64,000 nucleotides of DNA, taken from assembly GCA_004431415.1 (NCBI GenBank), contig QPMI01000452.1:62001-126000 (forward strand), given 5' to 3'. Shown in pieces: positions 45,601 through 60,600 of this stretch (position 1 is the stretch's first letter; each line of letters starts with the position of its first letter). The DNA is from Cyanophora paradoxa CCMP329 (Eukaryota > Plantae > Glaucophyta). The position numbers were made by a program, and so were the translations under genes. A model generated the notes under the pieces. The model had not been told where the DNA came from and did not search any database. It saw only the letters and a program-made list of their open reading frames with translations.

Positions 45601-48600
45601 AGACGGATATAGAAGTGCGCGACCTGATGGGCTCTATTCCTGAAAGCGCCTTTGCAGTAAACACGTCCGGCGGCAATCTCGTTGTGCGCTATTTTGATGC
45701 TCTGTATATCTTGGTGCCGCGTTTTACTCCAGTGGTTGTTAATTCGCAGATCGCCTTCGATGCAGCGCTGCCCGGCTCAAATCTGACCATTCGCAGCTCA
45801 GCAGCTGCCCGCGCACTTGATATGCCCGTCGGCTTTCAGATCGCACAGGCGGAAACTGTAGCGGTGCGCCAAACATATATAAATCTCATGATCATAATCG
45901 TGCAGCCGTTGTAGCATGCTAGCATGCATATGTGCGTCTAACTCCGAGATTCGCCCAGATCGACGTGGAGAATTTGACTTGCAATTGCATTGCAATGCTT
46001 CCCGATGGCAGCGGCAATCTTGTGGCGGACTATTCCCGCTGTCGCACACGCTTCTTTTCTGGAGAAGGCCGAGATCTGAAGTGCTACGGTTCGAATTGAT
46101 GAACTCGAATCATAGCTAGCAAGCCTCTGAATCAAATGCGTCCCGGCGCAGCCAACAAGCATGCTCGCAGTCCCAATATCACGATGTCAGATTTCATCGT
46201 ATCGCTTCAGAGTCCGAATGACAAGTACTCTCTCGACTACGCATCCGTCACGGCTCCTGCAGAGGTCTATCCTAACATTGATCCCGCGGTGAACCGTCTT
46301 CGCTTCTTTGTGCGGCTTAACAGGAACTACAACAATGCCTCGATATCCGTTCGATGGTCATCCGCTGTGTCAGGCGGCCGGTCGCACCATGTGCCGGCCT
46401 CGCCGCTGTACGTGGACGTGATAGCGCTGACGGTGGCATGCCCCCGGGGCGATACTGTTGCTGCGACCTACGCGTACAATTACATGCAAGTCCGTTGGCC
46501 TGTTCGCTCGCTTCTCCAGTGCAATGTATCACGCTTCGGTGGGGGCACGCTCTACGCCTCCGACTTTTCCGTCCGCCCAATTTGTGTTTATTTACACTCC
46601 AGCCCATGCAAGCCAGCCGCGCAGGGAAATCTTACGCTGAAAGGCTTTGGGAATGGCGGTCAGCCAGTTCCAGTGGCGCAGCTTGAACCCGGCGTCTCAG
46701 TGGCATTCGCTCTCAAAATGCCGACAACGCGCCCCCAAGTGGACATGAGCGCGGAGCTGATGTTCAACCACGGCGCCCTTCTTTCGCAACTTGGCATGCC
46801 AGATAGCCCCGGACCATTCCAGATCTCCATAACCGCACTCGATTATGCCTTTACCTGCGGCACAACAGGCATCCAGGTGCGCAATACTAGTAAACATTTG
46901 CGTACGCCAAAATCAAGCTTTTATTTTCTTACGTGCACATGCACGTGCATCGCCCTGTGACACAGAACAACAAAACAGTCACCTGCATCCGTATGCACAT
47001 GCGCAACGCGCTGTTGTATTTTTCAAATTCTGATAAGCGCCTTTTATAATTATTCAGTAACCAACCCATCTGGCGTTGATATCAATGACGTCCTGGGGGG
47101 AGTGAACGGAGTTCCAACAATCGAAGGCGCCTATCTGGAGGCAGTACCCAGGCTAGCGTACGCCACCTCGCTTGGTATGACCTACCCCTTTGGAAACGAG
47201 CCGGCAGCCAACTTTTATGTAAGAATACGTTGCGATCAAATATTCATCACCTGCGTTTGAAACTGATGCATGCTCGTCAATCTCATTCGACACAGCCTGA
47301 AACAAGGAAACAATGCGATTTCATTCCGGGATGCACATGCGATTTTCCGGATTGCGACGACCCATCCATATGTTTATCTTGCGAACCCGTCAAGACAAAT
47401 CAGAAGGCGCGTCGCGAGTAAATTTACAGAACTGCCCTGATCATATGATGTATTTCGCTTTTCAGAATCGCTCATGACCGTCCTTGCAGGCTTTTATAAC
47501 GCTGTTAGCCAAGGAACCAGGCTACTCGAACGTTTCAGTATACTACTCGGCCGATCCAACGAACCCGATAGGCTCGAGCTCTTTCGGAATTTTCGAGGCG
47601 CAACTCAATTGCTCGCGCACTCGCGTCGCGGTATGTGTACATGTAGCTTTGCTGCTTCGGGGGTCACCACTGTCGCGCAAACGTAAAACCCGTAAACGTG
47701 CACAGGCCGGCGACAAAATGAACTGTACAATCGTCGCATTGGGCGCCGTACCTCTTCAAGACAGCTTCTTCGGGTCTTTCGCTCGCGATCGCTGCGCACG
47801 TTTGGTTTGGCGCGATTTGATGCGTATCATGATCAGGTCTATTGCCGGCGGGTTCTCCCAGGCGTCAATAACCACGACTCTAGCAAGCACGGGAGGCCAG
47901 CTCGGCGTGCGCGTGGCAAAAGCTGAGACGCGATACAAAACCAACTTGCGCAACGCTGTGCAATTGGAGCTTGGCGGCTCTGGGTGTACGCAATGCTGTC
48001 GAAGCCTTCATTCGCTGCATCTAATTATATAAGTGAGCTTCCAACTGATTTAAACGTGCGCGTACACAGCCGGACCGCGCGACTACCTGGATAGTGTAAG
48101 CGGCGTCGACACGATCATCGTCGGTGGCGTCTCATGCACTCCGGCGCGGCTTTGGGGGTTCGTTGTATAGACTAGTATTGTGTTGGCATTTTATGTACGC
48201 GCTCACTGAGCCACGCTTATCCGACAGTGGCGCACCGTACAATACCACATGCCGCGTAGCCAGAGCAGACACGACGAGCGTGCTTAGCTCGGAAATGCTA
48301 CTCGACGACGTCCAGTGGCATAGAAAGCCAATATGTGCGGGAGGAGCACCACATGTATGTCGATAAACATATCATCTAACGAATGGATGCCTTTCTCAGA
48401 TGTCACGCAAACTTTCCCCGACGACTGCAATATTGGTGCGCTCCGGATCCGAATCCAAGCTTACCTCAATCAGCACAATAGTTAGTTCAAGCCCTATCCC
48501 AACACGCACATGAACATGTTTGTGCAGTGGTCGACGTCGTGGTGGCCCAAGCATCGTGTGCCTTCAGGAGCACGGACATACGGAACAGAGAATTTGAAAC

Positions 48601-51600
48601 GGGGGTGCGGACGTTTGAGTCGTGTGCTGGATCTAGACCTTTCGTGTGATTTTGTGACCGTGAGGGGTTGCATTCGCAGTTCCCTTCGTACGACGACATG
48701 GTCGAGCGTGCACGAACCCACCCCACTCAGTGTTGGAAGAACACCACAGGGGATTTTGAGTATTACTTCTGCAATAACACTGATTGGGGCATGATCAAGT
48801 TCCAGAACGGCACCATCCTCAACCCAATAGGGCGTGCGTGAGATTACGCTCTGCAGCTTTCTGGATCCGCAACCCTCATACTGGCGATCGCGCAGCTGAC
48901 GCGGAGTACTACGACTGCTACTGCAAAGGATGGATTGTGCGCATTGCATGATGTTTTACCTTATCGCATAATGTCTCACTTTATCGCGAAAACGTCTCGA
49001 TATCGTCAGGATGTTCAAGAGGAAGTCGAGTGGAGCAATGAGCTTGGCAGGTACAACATTACAATCACGCGTACGAAGACGTCTGTGTGCTTCACGTACG
49101 ATTTGTACGAGCATTACAACCCCCGACAAGTGTGCACGCCAGTACCACGTGCGTCTCGAGCTCGAGCTCAGAATTTTTCTCCTCTAATTCTACAAATATC
49201 ATTCTTCAGCTTTTACGTATCTTGCTGGCTACGAGGCATTGCCCGAACCTCTGTATTCGGATAGTCTGCGGAGCGTTGAGGGCAGCATAGACTTCGATTT
49301 CGCTTCATGGATTGTAAGCCTTTCGTTTAAATTTGCGTGGCGGGCGCACCCGGCCCGTGCTGATCGTGCGCGTCACGACAATGCAGCTAGCCCCGAGTAC
49401 CTGCGCGAAGTACGGCTTCGTTCCGCCGTCGCAAGCGGACCCTTTCCGGCCGAGCGGCTTCCTCGTCCGTCTCGACTGGACGGAGTTCGCTTCAGCCGCA
49501 TACGATGACCTCAACAAAGCCACGCCTCTCAAGGCTATGGCCGCGCAAATTTGCATCCCAGTGCGCTCTGAATCTAGTCGCTCTTTTTCCCTGTCTCTAG
49601 ATCTCTTCTCATATATTTATGTTTGGTTCCGTTTTTCAAAAGTGTGTCATGATCACATTTGAAACGCTCTGTGCGCTCGCAGGTTGTGAGTGCTCCCGTC
49701 GCCACACAGCCGACCGAGCATGATGCAAAAGCGAGGGGTGCCCCTGGCTGTACCGCATATCGGGAGATGGTAGTCGGGCACGAAGAGCGTACGCCTTATG
49801 TTTCCGTCTAAAGCTATAGCTATGTTCTACAGATAGGCGTGAGCTAACAAAAAATACATCACTATGCAGGATGCGAAATACTGTATGAAAAGTATGGCGA
49901 CATTGGACCCACTTTAAGGCCGGAGGATTTCAAAAGCTTTTTGACGCCCACAAACGGGCGAGAGTCGATTCAGCTCGCGCTAGAGCAAAACCGAGAGACC
50001 GGAACCGGTAAACTATGATTGTTTGTTTCTTGATCCGAGATTAATATTGCCTCTAAAACAATTAGCTTGAATTTCCGCACGATCATATTCACCGCTGCGC
50101 AGTCTTTGTGGTGCTCAATGCCGAGAAACCGATGTCTTCCGGCTCCATCGTGGACGTTCGCGTCGGCTTCCCCAATGCTACGAAAGAGCCCATAGGAATT
50201 GCACGCGAGATCTTTGGAGTGCGCACGCTTAGTCCTTGCGTGCGCCCGCGGACCGGCCCTAGCGTCCCTAAAATCGCGCCTGCGCGTGTGCAGGGCACAA
50301 TTGGCGCGGTCTTCGAATACACGCTGCACTGCCCTCAGACACGCATCCGCGCCGGTCGGCAGATGACCTGCACCTTCGAGCAGGCAGAAAATAGGTCCGA
50401 AATTCAAATATCTTTCCACGGAGACCTGCAATTGAATCCGATATTCATTTTGAATGCCACAGCTCGGACTATCTTTCGAGCGGCTTAACGTACTCTGGGT
50501 ACAACGCGTTCGAAGTTCGCCTGCTCGTACCCAAACCCAATGTGGCCGGAGATGCGAACGCCACCGAATACACACCTTCTGCGCTTTTCGTGCCCGGCTA
50601 CGGCGTTCCTGATGGTGCAGGCAATTCCGATTCCAACTGTCGACGTGATCAAGATGGAAGACCTCTTAATTGGGCCTGCCATCAGTTTTTTTTCAAGTAT
50701 GCGGAATCTTGTATCCGATAAATCTAAACATCTCAGTCTCTTGGACCTGACTTTATGCGTAGCATCTCAGCTCTTGATCCGCCAATGGAGGAACAATTCA
50801 TCGCATACGGAGAGTACATCATGCAATACAAGGCTAGCATTCAGCGCCGAGCGAGCATCGGCAAGCCAGAACGATCCGCACCGCGGCAATCGGGTCCAAA
50901 GGCTCAGCTTGCGGTCCCTGTATTTAAGGCGACTAACGACACAGTTTGGTGCTTCCCCTTCATCGTCGCGCCAAAAGATGGCGGTAATTGCCCGGCGCTC
51001 GCATGTGGCCTAAAGCTTGCGATTCGTCATGCGTGTGCACATGCACGCAGCTAAAACCTTGTGCGCTGCAGATCTGCCGCCGCTCTCCGGCTGCTCCATT
51101 TCGGCGACCAATGGGAGCGCCCCGCTTGAGAGTGGCGATTTCCGTCTCGCGACGTCTCGGCCTGATGTTGAAGCGGCGTTCACAACGAGTGCAGCCTACA
51201 CCATCTGGCTCTCGGTCAAGTACACGGGGAAACAAAACAACGCAACCGGCAACGCCTCTGTCTCTATCTGTGCGCAATGCCTGAATTGATGTAGAATCAG
51301 AGGATTGATTCATTGGCGAGATAAATGCATATTTTGATTGCGGTCGCGCACGACTCGAGCAGATTACAGCGATCTACACGGAGGCGACCACATTGCCACG
51401 CGGGATTTCTTCTTCATGTCAGGTGTGCATTTAATTCGGGCGTAATTATGATTTCGAATTCGTATTCGATGTCCGTGTGAATTGTAAAATTGCAATCAGC
51501 GCGCGTGGAGATCCTGCCTGAATATGCGTACAAGTATACACCATACCGCTGGCCTGCTGGCACGACAATTACATTGCGTGTCGTGGCGGAGAACACTTCG

Positions 51601-54600
51601 GCACCGCTGGACCCCTCCTACATCTCGCAGGAGACGAACTACATCAACCAAGCAGCGGGCGACAGTCCGATCGATAGGATCAAGCCGTGGACGCTGCAGA
51701 CGGAGACAGTGACCTCACGCACGGGGTGGGTATACGAAGCCTCCGTTCTTACGACGAACTTTACTGTTTGGATTGGATCCGAAGGCGTGTGGGCCGGCTA
51801 CTACTTCCTGCCTTCGTGGTCCCGCAGCGTGCGTCTGTCGCGAGCTTCAGACGTGTCCCTGTACACGCACACGCATACGTATACCAATCCATGCGCCGCC
51901 CTGAGCTTCAATTCACGCGGACGTCGCAGTATCTTCTCGACTACGAAAATGCAGGAGAGGAGATCAGCCAGTGGACTGCGAGCGTCTCTTGGTACGAGTC
52001 GCAAACTACATTCAACGTGATCTACGTGACTGGCGTGTCCTGCAACCGCACGCGCCTTGGCCTTGGCGGCACCTTCCACTGCGTCCTGGGCAAGCTTGAT
52101 GACTTCAACATCAACAGGAACGCCCCAGTGCTAAACGACTTCAACATCACCGCTTCGCCAGCTGCGGGATTCGGAGTGCCCTCCCTAAGGTCCTTTGGCG
52201 ATAAAGTCGATTCGAACACACGCAAGGTACATATGCAAACACTGTTCTCGCTTGGCGGCTGAAAAGCATATGCACAGCCCTGCGAAGGCTGACGTTCCAA
52301 TTCGCTTGCAGAACGGATCCGTTGCATTCAAACCGGCCGTGCCTTTTTCGGGAGGAGAAATTGCCTTTAGGTGGACTGTTGGAGGCGGTTTGCTCGGTAC
52401 AGGATCGCTCGAAGTAACTGCCGCAACCGCCGCCTGCGCCGTTGGGGACCATCCTCGAACGCCGAAGTGTCGAGCGGCCGCGGTGCGGAATGTGCTGTTC
52501 ACATAATAAAAAGATGTTGAACAAATTAAAACCTTCAATTCCGTGTTATATGACTTGGTTGCGCTGGTTAGGGCGCCACCGTCACAATTGAAGTCACGGT
52601 GCGTTCGCCGCATTCATCAAGCTATAGCGCTCGCGATCGCTAGTCACGTGCACGCGAGTCTTTGAAGACTCACATGCATGCGTGTCTTTAAAGACTCGTG
52701 TGCACGTGACTATTCTGATCTTATAATAATTATTGAGTGCCGGCAGCCGCGCAACGACTCTGTCGGTTTGCAAAATGGGGACGTGCCCTGGTCTACGTAC
52801 TTCACGACCCCAAATAACAACAGCCTCACGGCGCTATACGGCCGCTGGAACGGATCTGCCACGCTGCTTGATGTTCGCGCCAACTTCGCTAGCCCTAGAA
52901 ACGAGGGCCGCTTCCCCTGGGGGGCCCCTGCAATGACCGACTACGTCATGTGGGAGCTCGCCGCTGCGACCGTCCAGATCCAGGTGCTCAACGGCACCTG
53001 GAGGATCGAGATCCCGAGGGACGCGTCACGAATTCCAGTCGGTAATACCCCTCTGCACGTCAATGCAAAAATGCGGTTCTGACAGACTCAAATCGAAGGG
53101 GCAAATGTGACAGTGACGGTCCGCAACAACACGGGCACGCCGTGGGCGCCGGGTCTCGAGCCGGAGGACGTGACGCTCAGCACGACCATCGGCACGCTCT
53201 CCGCGCCCGTGAAAGTGGGCGGAAGCCTTCGCTACACCCTTTCGATGCCTTCCACTCCCGTGGCTGACGGCGGCTCTCTGACGGCCCGCTGGTCGAGCGC
53301 GGTGGATACGAGCACAAACCTCATCACAGCAGATGGCCCGACGTCTTTTAAACTTATTAGTGTGACGCTCGCATGCGACACGACACGACGCGTCCGCTCT
53401 GGAACCCAGAAGGTCTTGTGCACACTCACTGCGGTGCGAAAAAGGAATTTCCAGTCGACGTCGTGCATGATATTCAAAACGATTCCACTCTAAGCTCGAG
53501 CCAAATCGCAGCAAAGCGGATCGGCCCCTCCTCTGTATCTTGAAGACATGGCTTCGCCTATGATTATAGGGCAGCCGGGCTCCGTAACGGCCAGCGCGAT
53601 CCGCAACTCTTCGATCCCGGAAACTGTCAAAGAATTTGACGTGAACGGGTTCTCTACGCACACGCAGCCCGTCCAAGTGCGCGTGCGCTACGCGTTTGAC
53701 AATACTATCGAAGTCACGGGGAGTCCTTTCTCCATCCCTGGGGGACTCTCTGGCATTTTGTGGTGCAACCAAACAACCCTGGGATACCAGGGCGTTGCAA
53801 CCTGCTCGGTGTCCCCGGGCATCGGTTCTCCGAACCTGCTTGTTTCCGGTACGCTTGCTCTGCGTGATCGCGTATTTAATCTACAGCTTTTTTAGCTCTC
53901 TATTTCGAGGTTTTCGTGTTCTGATCTCCCCCGAACACAGATTTTCTGGTCGCAAATAGCACAAAGAACGCACTGCGTGTCTCTTCCTTCTCGCAGATGG
54001 GCGCCAACGTCTCCTTCACTATTGAGGCACTCCACGCATCTGCAACGACCTCCGTCAATGTCTACTGGGCCGACGGCCTTCCCGGCGGGAACGGCACGCT
54101 CGCGGCCACCCTGCCCGTCGAGATCAGGTCGGCCGTCTCGATCGCGTGCACGCCACTGCGGAATCGCATCCTGGGCAACGTGACATGCCTGCTGAGCCCT
54201 GGAGGCTACCTCACGGCCCTGCAGCCTTCGTTCTTTGGCGGCTCGAGCTGCTCGCCGACTCCTGGAGCTTGCAGTTTCGGCAACATGACCTTGGGCGAGA
54301 ATGGCACCCTCTCCTTCACGACGACGCTCCTGCTTGGCGGCACACATGCTATTACACCGACCTTTTCAGTGGGTCTTGGAGGTGGTGCTGTCGCTACTAT
54401 TAGCGTCATTGCATTCCAGGCTGCTCCGACGGGTCTAACTTGCTTGCCTGCTGGTCTGCGAATCGCGGCCGGCAACTCGGCGAAGTGCACTGTTGCAAAG
54501 CAGACAGGAAGTGCCAACCTGAAGACAGGCGACATCCTCTTCTCGACGAGCGCCGGCGGCTCGCTTGGTCTAGTCGCGGAGGAGAGCGGGCCCGGGTCAC

Positions 54601-57600
54601 TCTCCATGACGAATGCGGCGTCGACAGAAAATGGCGTCTCATTTATGTGGGTGCGCAATGCGCATTTTGTCGCCTGCATGCAGCTGTACCTGCGGATTGC
54701 CGGTCCTCATAAACCGATAAATACTTCCGCACGTGCAGACCTCGGCCGAGTATGCGGACGAGTTCAGCGGCGAATTGATCGGCAATAAGACAATGCATAT
54801 CCTTTCCGCTTCAACATTCAGCTGTCCAAACGCCACTCGAAGGGGTATTGGCGCTACCTTCACGTGCACGCTGAGCCCGACCCCCGGCCACACTGCCTTT
54901 GTGGTGCATATGCATTGCTTGTTCGATCGCATTCATCACAAACATTATATCTTTTTAATCAAGAGCATTTATATTCATATCTATCTATATCAATTCTACG
55001 ACATCGCTGATCGTGAGAACATGCGCAGCAAACAGACGTGAACACGCCGTCGTGCTCTGCCGCAAGTTTCGCTGTGTTCAGTACTAGTGCCGCTGCGACG
55101 GGCGGTGCACTAGAATCTATTGGCACGGCGGATGTCGCAACTACGGGATCTAGCATTACCCTTTCTTGGGCCTCCATTGTTTTGCACAGTGCGTGTGCAT
55201 CCATTTCAGGATCCTTTACATGCGCCGCCATATATGTTGTTATAAAATGAAGCATCTCACTGCGATGCAATGCGCTCAGGCCCAGCGTCGGCCTCAATCG
55301 GACTTACTGCATCGGTTGTCATCGTGGATGCAACTCTCAGCTGCGCAAAGAATCGAATCCGGGCGAGCCTCGGCACGAACTGCACACTCGTGAAGACAAG
55401 CAACTCGCCAGCCTTTCTCGCCGATGACTTCATCTCACCGACGACAAGCGACTCGAACAGCGTTATCGCAAGTTGGAACCTGGCTTCGAACGTTTTTACT
55501 TTCGAGTACACAACTGCAAGCGCACCTAATGCGCCGACGGACACTATCACCGTCCCTTGGAATCCCAACACCATCGGGGGATCAGCTGCAGCTGCGCCGA
55601 AATTCGTAATAAACCGAATCCGTGCGTCTACTTTGCCAGTGCCTTTCGCTTTCCCTGTTAGATCCTCTCTAATAACGTCGAACGTTGTCGCTCGGCAGGG
55701 GCCAGAGTGCGCTGCAGTCAGGCGCGCCTTCGGCTGTACGCCGGCACCCTCTGCTTCCTTGAGAAGGACGGGCAGTCGGTGAACCTCCTGGCGTCCGACT
55801 TCTCGCCCTCCTCTCCCGCCGTGGACAACGCGGCAGTCGTGCTTGGCCCCCTCACCCCCGGAGGCTCCGGCTCGCAGGCCTTCATCGCCACAACCCAGCT
55901 GCCGACCGTCGGGGCGACGATCACTGCCAATTACAGCGACGCGATGGGCGGCGGCGACGTTGCTGCTGACCGAATCGCCAACGTCATCAAATGCGTCGCT
56001 CTGCTTCCTCCTTCCCGTCGTTCCCTGCTCCATACCATCCTGGCGATTGGCGGGCGGAAGCTCCAAGGCATCTCCAATCAGCCGCTGAGCTGTGAGCGTT
56101 CGCGGATGGTCGAGAAGACCTCGGTTCTTTGCCTGTTGCGAAAGCACCCCCTCTCTCCCGACCTTCTCCCGGAGGACTTCACCGATGAGACAAACCAGCC
56201 TCTGAAGGGGAACACCACCGCAGAGGGCAACCTGCTCTTTGTCTACACGCCAGCCAGGCCGAACGGGTGCGAGGCAGTCATTAGCACTCGACCAGCATTC
56301 GCGTGTGGCGTGCAGTGCGCTGACTTTAACTTTGCGCGCGCGCGCCATCGCTGGCAGCCCCCGCTTTGTGTACCAGGTCAACTTCTCGGCCGACCTCGGA
56401 GGCGGCGAAGCGGGTAGTACTTCTCTCACCGTTATTGGTGCCGAGTTCACCTGCACGGGAGACAGGCGCAGCGTGCTTGGCGTGACCCAGTGCAAGATCG
56501 CGCCGAAGGCCAACAGCGACCTTATTGAGCTGACCGACATCGAGCCGCCGTTCGCGTCCACAGGATCCGGCGACGTCACATTCACAGCACTGACAGCCCA
56601 GTCCGGCGGCGTGCGATTCAATAGCATCGCACAGCGGGCGGCCTCGAGTGTCATCCTCGCCGTGAACTGGGCGGCCTCGGTCGCTGGCGCGCCCTCTCCA
56701 CTCGGAGCATTCGGGGTCCGCTTGTTTTCCAGCACACAGATCTTAAGATTTCTGCATGCGCCCTGAGTGCAACTTGAAGCGCTCACCACTCTGCAGCTCG
56801 GGGTTGTGGATGCACGCATGGATTGCGGCACACGGGCGCGTGCAGCGTGGATTGTACCCTGCTACGTCCGCGGACTGGATTCGAGCGCAGGCATATCTAG
56901 CAACGATACCTTCGCAGTAGTGCGCCGTCCCAGCTGCAGCATTCATCTAGATCTCGATGTTACAAACATGAATAAATTGCTTCGGCGTCAACGTCGACGT
57001 CGGTTGACGGATTGCAATAGGTTTACACGCTCGGCGAGGCTACCTACGTCAGCCGCAACTTCACTGCAAACAATCCGAAAGAGCTCTATATTGCGCTGCA
57101 AATGCCGCCGAGTCCGCTGCCTGGCTCCGATGGCTTTGCAATTATCAACTGGGTAAGTGAATTTTCCTGTGTATCACCAGGGTTTTGCGACTCGCGTACT
57201 GAAATTCAATTCAGTATGGACCCGCATTGGGCACATACTACCCTATACCAGCTGTGCGCTTCACTGGTTTCTCTTTTGCGCGCATCTTTCTTGCGTTAAT
57301 TTTGATTCGCTCTTTTTGGTGCACCGCAGCTCAATTCAAACTATTCGGTGGTGGCGGGAACGATTTCTTGCGGGAAGCAGCGCTGGAGGCAGGGCAGCCG
57401 AGTCCCCTGTACCGTCACGGGCAGCGCGGGCTCTGCAGAACTCCTGCTTTCAGACCTCGTCCAGCCCCAGGCACCGGCTCTGGGACCCGTCAGCCCAATC
57501 GTTATGCTCACGGCTAACGGTAGCGAGGTCTGTTTTCTTATTACTATCTTATTACTATTATCGATACATCCAGAGCACTGCCGTGTTTGAAAGGCGCGGT

Positions 57601-60600
57601 ATCTGATCAGCGCGTGTGCATACAGAATTACGTGTCCTTCAACCTCACGGTCGAGAAGCTGGTAAAAGAAGAGAAGCTGAGCGTGCAGTACACGGACGCC
57701 CTCGGAGGTGGTGAGGTGGATCTCTCGCCGCTCAACTTCACTGTCATCCAGGGAACTATTGCCTGCGAGGTCAGCTTGCAAGTTTCCTAATATTTAGTTT
57801 TAAGGCGCAGTCAATATCAAACTGGCGTCTCATTGATGAAAATATCTCTATACAGCGCACGCGCCTCTCTCCAGGGGCGGTATCCACGTGCAGCGTTCTG
57901 ACGGAGGCCGGCTCGCCGCCCGTCATGCCCGACGATCTCGAAGCGCCGACGTCGTCGGACCCGGCGAGCGTTTCTACCAGCGAGCTCACGGTCGGATTGA
58001 ACGACTCGGTCTCCTTCTCGTACCTCGCCAAGAAGGGCGTCGTGGACGCGCGCGTGACCGTTATGTGGACGGAGTTCATGGGCGGCGGCGAGCTGCTCGC
58101 CACCCTCGTCAGCGTCGTCGAAGCAAACCTCTCCTGCAGCCCGCGCGTCCGGCAGAATGCCACCATTCTCTGCGCATTACGGCCGTTCTCAGTGGGCGCC
58201 AGCGTCCCGCTTGCCCTGCAGCTGCGGGTGGAGGACTTCGATGCTTCCCTTAATATTTCGTCGATCGGAAGCTTAGTGCAGGAGCTATCTCCAGCGGTCA
58301 ACGGCAGCATGTTCTTCTCGTTCATTCCAGCAGCCACCCTCGTGCCCTTCGTTAACGTCACGGCCTTTTACAATGCTTCCATTGCGCCAGTGCAGTTTTC
58401 GGAGGTTCCGGGCTCTCCATTTGTTGTCTCTGTTGTCAGTGCAGACGTAGCGTGCAGCAAAGCGCGCGTGGCAATCAACTCGACATTCGTATGCTCGCTT
58501 GTTCGCCGCTCAGGCTCGGCAGACCTCCTGTCCAGCGACTTCGTTGGCCCGCGCCTGGCTGTCAGTGGCGGCGCTGTGCTCGATACGAACATGGTCCGCT
58601 CCGAGCTGCTGTCTGAGAGCGCGGATGGCGTCTCCTATTCCGTCCGCTCGCTCGCACCAGGGGCCAACCTCACCATCAGCTGGAACTACAGGTGCGCTGC
58701 GATTAAAACGACGAGACACGTGCTGTTGCATTCTTTAAATGACGTATTGTTTTCCAGCGAAGCGCTGGGCGAGGGCCTAGCGGACTCTATCAACTCCACT
58801 GTGCAAGTTGTTGGCGTTCGACTCAACTGCTCATCGAGCGGGTACCGGGCGGCCAACCTTTCTCGAATTCTGTGCACCGTGCAGCCACTTCCTGCGCCGG
58901 GCGGAGTCTTAGTGAGCCCCCTCACGTCCGACTTTGTGCTGAGCAGCTCTGGCCTCACCGTAGACCTGCTCGAGACGTGTTCAGCCGATAGAGACCCGGC
59001 TGAGTGCTCATTTACGTTGCCGTTCTACATTGAGTCCAGCGGCCCGAGCGCGGAACTGGAGTTGCGATACTCGCAGGACGTCGATCTGCACATGAGCCAT
59101 GCGACCGATTCGCCTGCCCACTTCTCCGTAATATGTAAGTATCGAGATATCAATTTTGATATCGACTTAGATCTCGCGTTGATCTGGACGCTTGGAAACC
59201 TCGCTTACGCTGCCTCGTGCATTTGCGCAGCGGCGCACCTGTCATGCGATAGAAATCGCACTGCCATCAATGGCACCTTCGTATGCGCCGTGCATCGCAA
59301 CCCTCTTTCGGCCGGCCTCATGCTCAGTGCGCTGTCAAAGATCCACTTTTGAATATCTATAAGCACTGCTCGCGTTGACAAAAGTTACTCCAGGCGACTT
59401 GAAGGCGATTGCTTTCATCCATTCGTCGGGCGAAGATATTGACAGCGAGATAAGCGTCAATCTTACGGAGTCCAGCGCGGACCAAATCGCATTTGCGATC
59501 CAAATCGGAATCCTTGGTACCGCACGCGCTTCTATGAACTTTTCGGCGGCCATCGGTGGTTCGCCTCTGCCCGCCAGCAACACGGCCGTCGACGTTGTCG
59601 GCGCGGTCCTTGAATGCAACGGGACGACGCGAGCAGCCAATGGATCCAGCGTTCTTTGTTCTATCTCACAGCAGCCTGGCTCATCTCCGCTCGCCCCCTC
59701 TGACTTTGAGGTCCTTTCAGCCGCTGGCCCGTCAGTTATGCCTGCCCCGCTCACCGTCTGCACCGGCTCTAGCGCGGTCTGCGCGTTCCACTTCCTCGCA
59801 CCCGTCGCCGCACATGCGGATGCCACTCTCGTGGCCGTCAAGTATGCAGAAGTGGTCGATGCATCGCGCGCGCACGTCTCGAACTCGCCCATCTCCATTT
59901 CGCTTATTTGTGCGGCTATTTTACTTGATTATTTGTGTCATTCACAAAACCCGAAAATGCCCTTTAGTGAGCTGATATAGCTATATATACATATTCTACG
60001 CTAACTTGAAAATACGCAGCGGTCGACGCGGAATGCGAGCGCAACCGCACCGCGCTGAACGGGACCATTGTGTGCTCCCTGCGGCGTCGCGCAAACTCTG
60101 CAGATCTGCTTTCCGGCGACTTTGTGGGTCCGTTCTACGTGAACGCAACCAGCCATTCGACAGAGCCGCTCCCAGCTGCTTCGCAACTCAATTTCTCGGC
60201 TTCTGCTGAACAGCAATCTCATCTCATTCAACTCTCTGATCGCCTTGGTGCAGTCGACATTGCATGGAGATACAGGTGCGCAATTCGCAAGTGCACGATC
60301 GCGATGAAGCGTTTGTGCAAGAATAAAACAATTCTATATAAGAACGCATCCGCTGATCGTGGAGCACGATCAGCCTATCCGTCCACAACTCGGAGGCTCT
60401 CGTTGCACCCGGCCCATTACATTGGATGTCATCGCGGCGAATGTTTCGTGTTCTTCGTTGCGCGTCGCCAACGGCTCGCGCACGCAATGTGCCATTCGTC
60501 TCCTCCCGGGCTCGGCGTTCTCTTCCAAAGCCGACTACGTCTTTACGAGCAACGAGACGACGTCAAGCACGCTTGTACAAGAGCCGCAAGATTGCCCTCC